Positions 62,283 to 64,000 of a stretch of DNA of 64,000 bases are shown here, piece after piece. The translations under genes and the position numbers were made by a program. The DNA comes from an uncultured Caldithrix sp. (lineage in GTDB: Bacteria; Electryoneota; AABM5-125-24; Hatepunaeales; Hatepunaeaceae). Location of the stretch: assembly GCA_964355675.1 (NCBI GenBank), contig CAYHEC010000014.1, forward strand, positions 1,110-65,109, written 5' to 3'. The notes beneath the pieces are model-generated. The model was not told where the DNA came from, did not search any database, and was given only the letters and a program-made list of their open reading frames with translations. Each line of letters starts with the position of its first letter. Position 1 is the first letter of the stretch.

Positions 62283-63365
62283 ATGAAATCAATCTCCCAA
62301 TCCCTGCTATTGATAGCAACCATCGTTTTGATAGCGAACGAAGCGGTAGCTATGCCGGAATTTGGCGTTCGATACAATCAGAGTTGCCAACTGTGTCATG
62401 TCGTTCCAACCGGTGGCGGGATGAGAGCCCTCTACGGAGCACAGTTCTTCAGCTACATGGACTTGCCTATGAAAGAGCTTGATGATTTCGCCCTTCTCGA
62501 CTCGATCAATCCGAAAATAGGAAGGCATTTTCAGGTCGGCGTCGATTTTCGTTCGCTTTACTATAGTTCCAATGATACTCTTTCAGGTAACAGTTTTGTG
62601 ACCATGGAAGGGACGCTTTACACCACAATTGCCCCGACAGACCGAACCATGGTTTACCTTTCGCGATCACTGTATGGTTCCAGTGAGGCTTTTGCTCTAA
62701 TACAGGGATTGCCTTACTCCTCGGTATTTAGAGGGGGCCGGTTTATGCCTGCCTATGGTTGGAAGTTTGTCGATCATAACAGCTATGTCAGAAGCCGCCT
62801 TGGCTATGGTCAAGGCAAAGGCGCCGAGGATGGTTTGGAGTACGGATTCTACCCGTTGGAATGGGAGGCGTCCGTTGCCTTGACTAACGGATCGTTGGGG
62901 ATTGTCGATGGCAATCGCGGGAAAGTGTTAACCACAAGGGCTTTGAAGAGATTAGTTGCAGGATATTTCAATATAACCGGGGGTATGAGCTGGCGCTACG
63001 CGGAATTCGATATGGGTAAGGGGTTGGCGACGCCGGGCTTGCAACGATATGGCGGACCGTTTTGGGGAATAAATTGGGGACCAATCACCTATCTCGGAGA
63101 AATAGACTGGATTGTAACCAGCAAGAGAGAACTCGCTTTAACTCATTCGTTAGGATATATGCTGAAGCGAGGAATGTATGTCACGGCGCAGTACGACTTC
63201 TACGACCCAAATCTGGACGTGAAAAATGGTTATGAGTGGCGCGGGAGAGTCGGCGCGGACCTGTTTCCGACGGGTTATCTTGAACTTCTGCCCGGATTTG
63301 TCTGGGAGCGGCGTTCTGGCAAAGAACATGGAACCGGGGAACTTCAACTCCATGTCTGGTTTTAG
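62283..63365 (+). CDS. Candidate fused monohaem cytochrome-porin (Cyc2-like architecture)
   Basis: Signal peptide (..IANEAVA), CQLCH 12 residues into the mature protein, then about 320 aa of amphipathic beta-strand pattern ending in ...LQLHVWF (C-terminal Phe, as in OM barrels). Confidence 0.45.
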   Translation: MKSISQSLLLIATIVLIANEAVAMPEFGVRYNQSCQLCHVVPTGGGMRALYGAQFFSYMDLPMKELDDFALLDSINPKIGRHFQVGVDFRSLYYSSNDTLSGNSFVTMEGTLYTTIAPTDRTMVYLSRSLYGSSEAFALIQGLPYSSVFRGGRFMPAYGWKFVDHNSYVRSRLGYGQGKGAEDGLEYGFYPLEWEASVALTNGSLGIVDGNRGKVLTTRALKRLVAGYFNITGGMSWRYAEFDMGKGLATPGLQRYGGPFWGINWGPITYLGEIDWIVTSKRELALTHSLGYMLKRGMYVTAQYDFYDPNLDVKNGYEWRGRVGADLFPTGYLELLPGFVWERRSGKEHGTGELQLHVWF

Positions 63366-63405
63366 TACAAAAACTGAACCCGGCAAACTTTAATATTGTG
63401 GTACT

Positions 63406-63606
63406 CTTGGAGGGCGGACTTTCAGAGTTCGTTGATTTATTCGCTTGGGACGCCAATTCGGACAAGATTCTCTTGGAGGGGGGGCTTCAGCCCGCCCTTG
63501 TTTGTGCTTGATTGTCCTTTAGGGGGGGCTGAAGCCCCCCCTCCAAGAGGATCAAATCTCTACTCGAACGAATAAATCAACGAACTCTGAAAGTCCGCCC
63601 TCCAAG
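63406..63606. repeat. 201-bp nested palindrome (MITE-like)
   Basis: Perfect 38-nt inverted arms: CTTGGAGGGCGGACTTTCAGAGTTCGTTGATTTATTCG at 63406-63443 with its reverse complement at 63569-63606. They enclose two inner family-D-like hairpins (63471-63500 and 63521-63548). Confidence 0.9.
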
Positions 63607-63650
63607 AAGATTAGATCACACAGGCTAAAACTCTCAAAGGAATAAATAAA

Positions 63651-64000
63651 GTGATAAATTCAATTCGTTCAATTCGGTGGGGCGTGTTAATTGCAGGCTT
63701 CGCACTGATTGCTGGTTGTAGCGACAGCGGAGACAAGACTCCGACAGGTGGGAATAACGCGCCGGTATTACGAGCGGTATGGAGGGGTAATGAAGGGATA
63801 GGTCAGCTCTTGATGCAGAGTTGCACCCCCTGCCACACAGCTCAGAGCCAGAACGGCTTTAATGTTTCCACTCACAACAACATCATGTCAAATGGCGACA
63901 TTATTGCGGGAGATTCGACCGATGCCAGCTACTTTACGAAGAAGTTGACTGGCGATCCCGACGCCGGGGCACGGATGCCTCAAGGCGGGCCATACTTATC
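63651..64000 (+). CDS. Lipoprotein monohaem cytochrome c (PSCyt1-like), 3' end beyond window
   Basis: GTG start. Lipobox LIAGC. CTPCH followed by ...IIAGDSTDASYFTKKL...MPQGGPYL, resembling the planctomycete-type cytochrome c domain. The ORF runs off the window, so it is absent from the ORF track. Confidence 0.6.
   Translation, partial: MINSIRSIRWGVLIAGFALIAGCSDSGDKTPTGGNNAPVLRAVWRGNEGIGQLLMQSCTPCHTAQSQNGFNVSTHNNIMSNGDIIAGDSTDASYFTKKLTGDPDAGARMPQGGPYL

Overview
This is a 64-kb chromosomal segment of a moderately GC-rich bacterium. It is probably an uncultivated member of the FCB superphylum: three ORFs end in T9SS-type C-terminal sorting domains, and the dcw cluster has the murF-less gene order. 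Gene content, left to right: (1) mutS, truncated at its 5' end by the window edge. (2) A small, visibly AT-richer accessory island holding a DUF3631-like P-loop gene and a three-gene type II restriction-modification operon. (3) valS, translationally coupled to a beta-class DNA methyltransferase fused to an Mrr-like nuclease domain. (4) Secreted and T9SS proteins. (5) recG. (6) Housekeeping genes: pgeF, an SRPBCC protein, tRNA-Gln, a GT4 glycosyltransferase, a GNAT acetyltransferase, trxA, rpsU, cvpA, mutS2, tRNA-Gly and der. (7) A complete dcw cluster: mraZ-rsmH-ftsL-ftsI-murE-mraY-murD-ftsW-murG-murC-murB-ftsQ-ftsA-ftsZ. (8) A SAM methyltransferase, ftsEX, a DCC-family protein and an orphan divergent PilB/GspE ATPase. 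(9) An exporter made of one HlyD protein, two ATPases and two ABC-2 permeases. (10) A cluster of three single-CxxCH envelope proteins, one of which is a candidate Cyc2-like fused cytochrome-porin. The most unusual property is not a gene. Nearly every intergenic gap is packed with short GC-rich hairpin repeats from at least a dozen sequence families. Most carry a GTAG or GTAC head, as REP/REPIN elements do. They occur singly, as inverted pairs, as tandem arrays, and in one 570-bp stack of unrelated hairpins. Several copies sit in frame inside conserved genes (valS, murB, mutS, a DUF4139-like gene and an ABC ATPase tail), a situation reminiscent of Rickettsia palindromic elements. No RAYT-type transposase, integrase, CRISPR array or rRNA is visible in the window. 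All family assignments come from motif recognition by eye; no database search was run.
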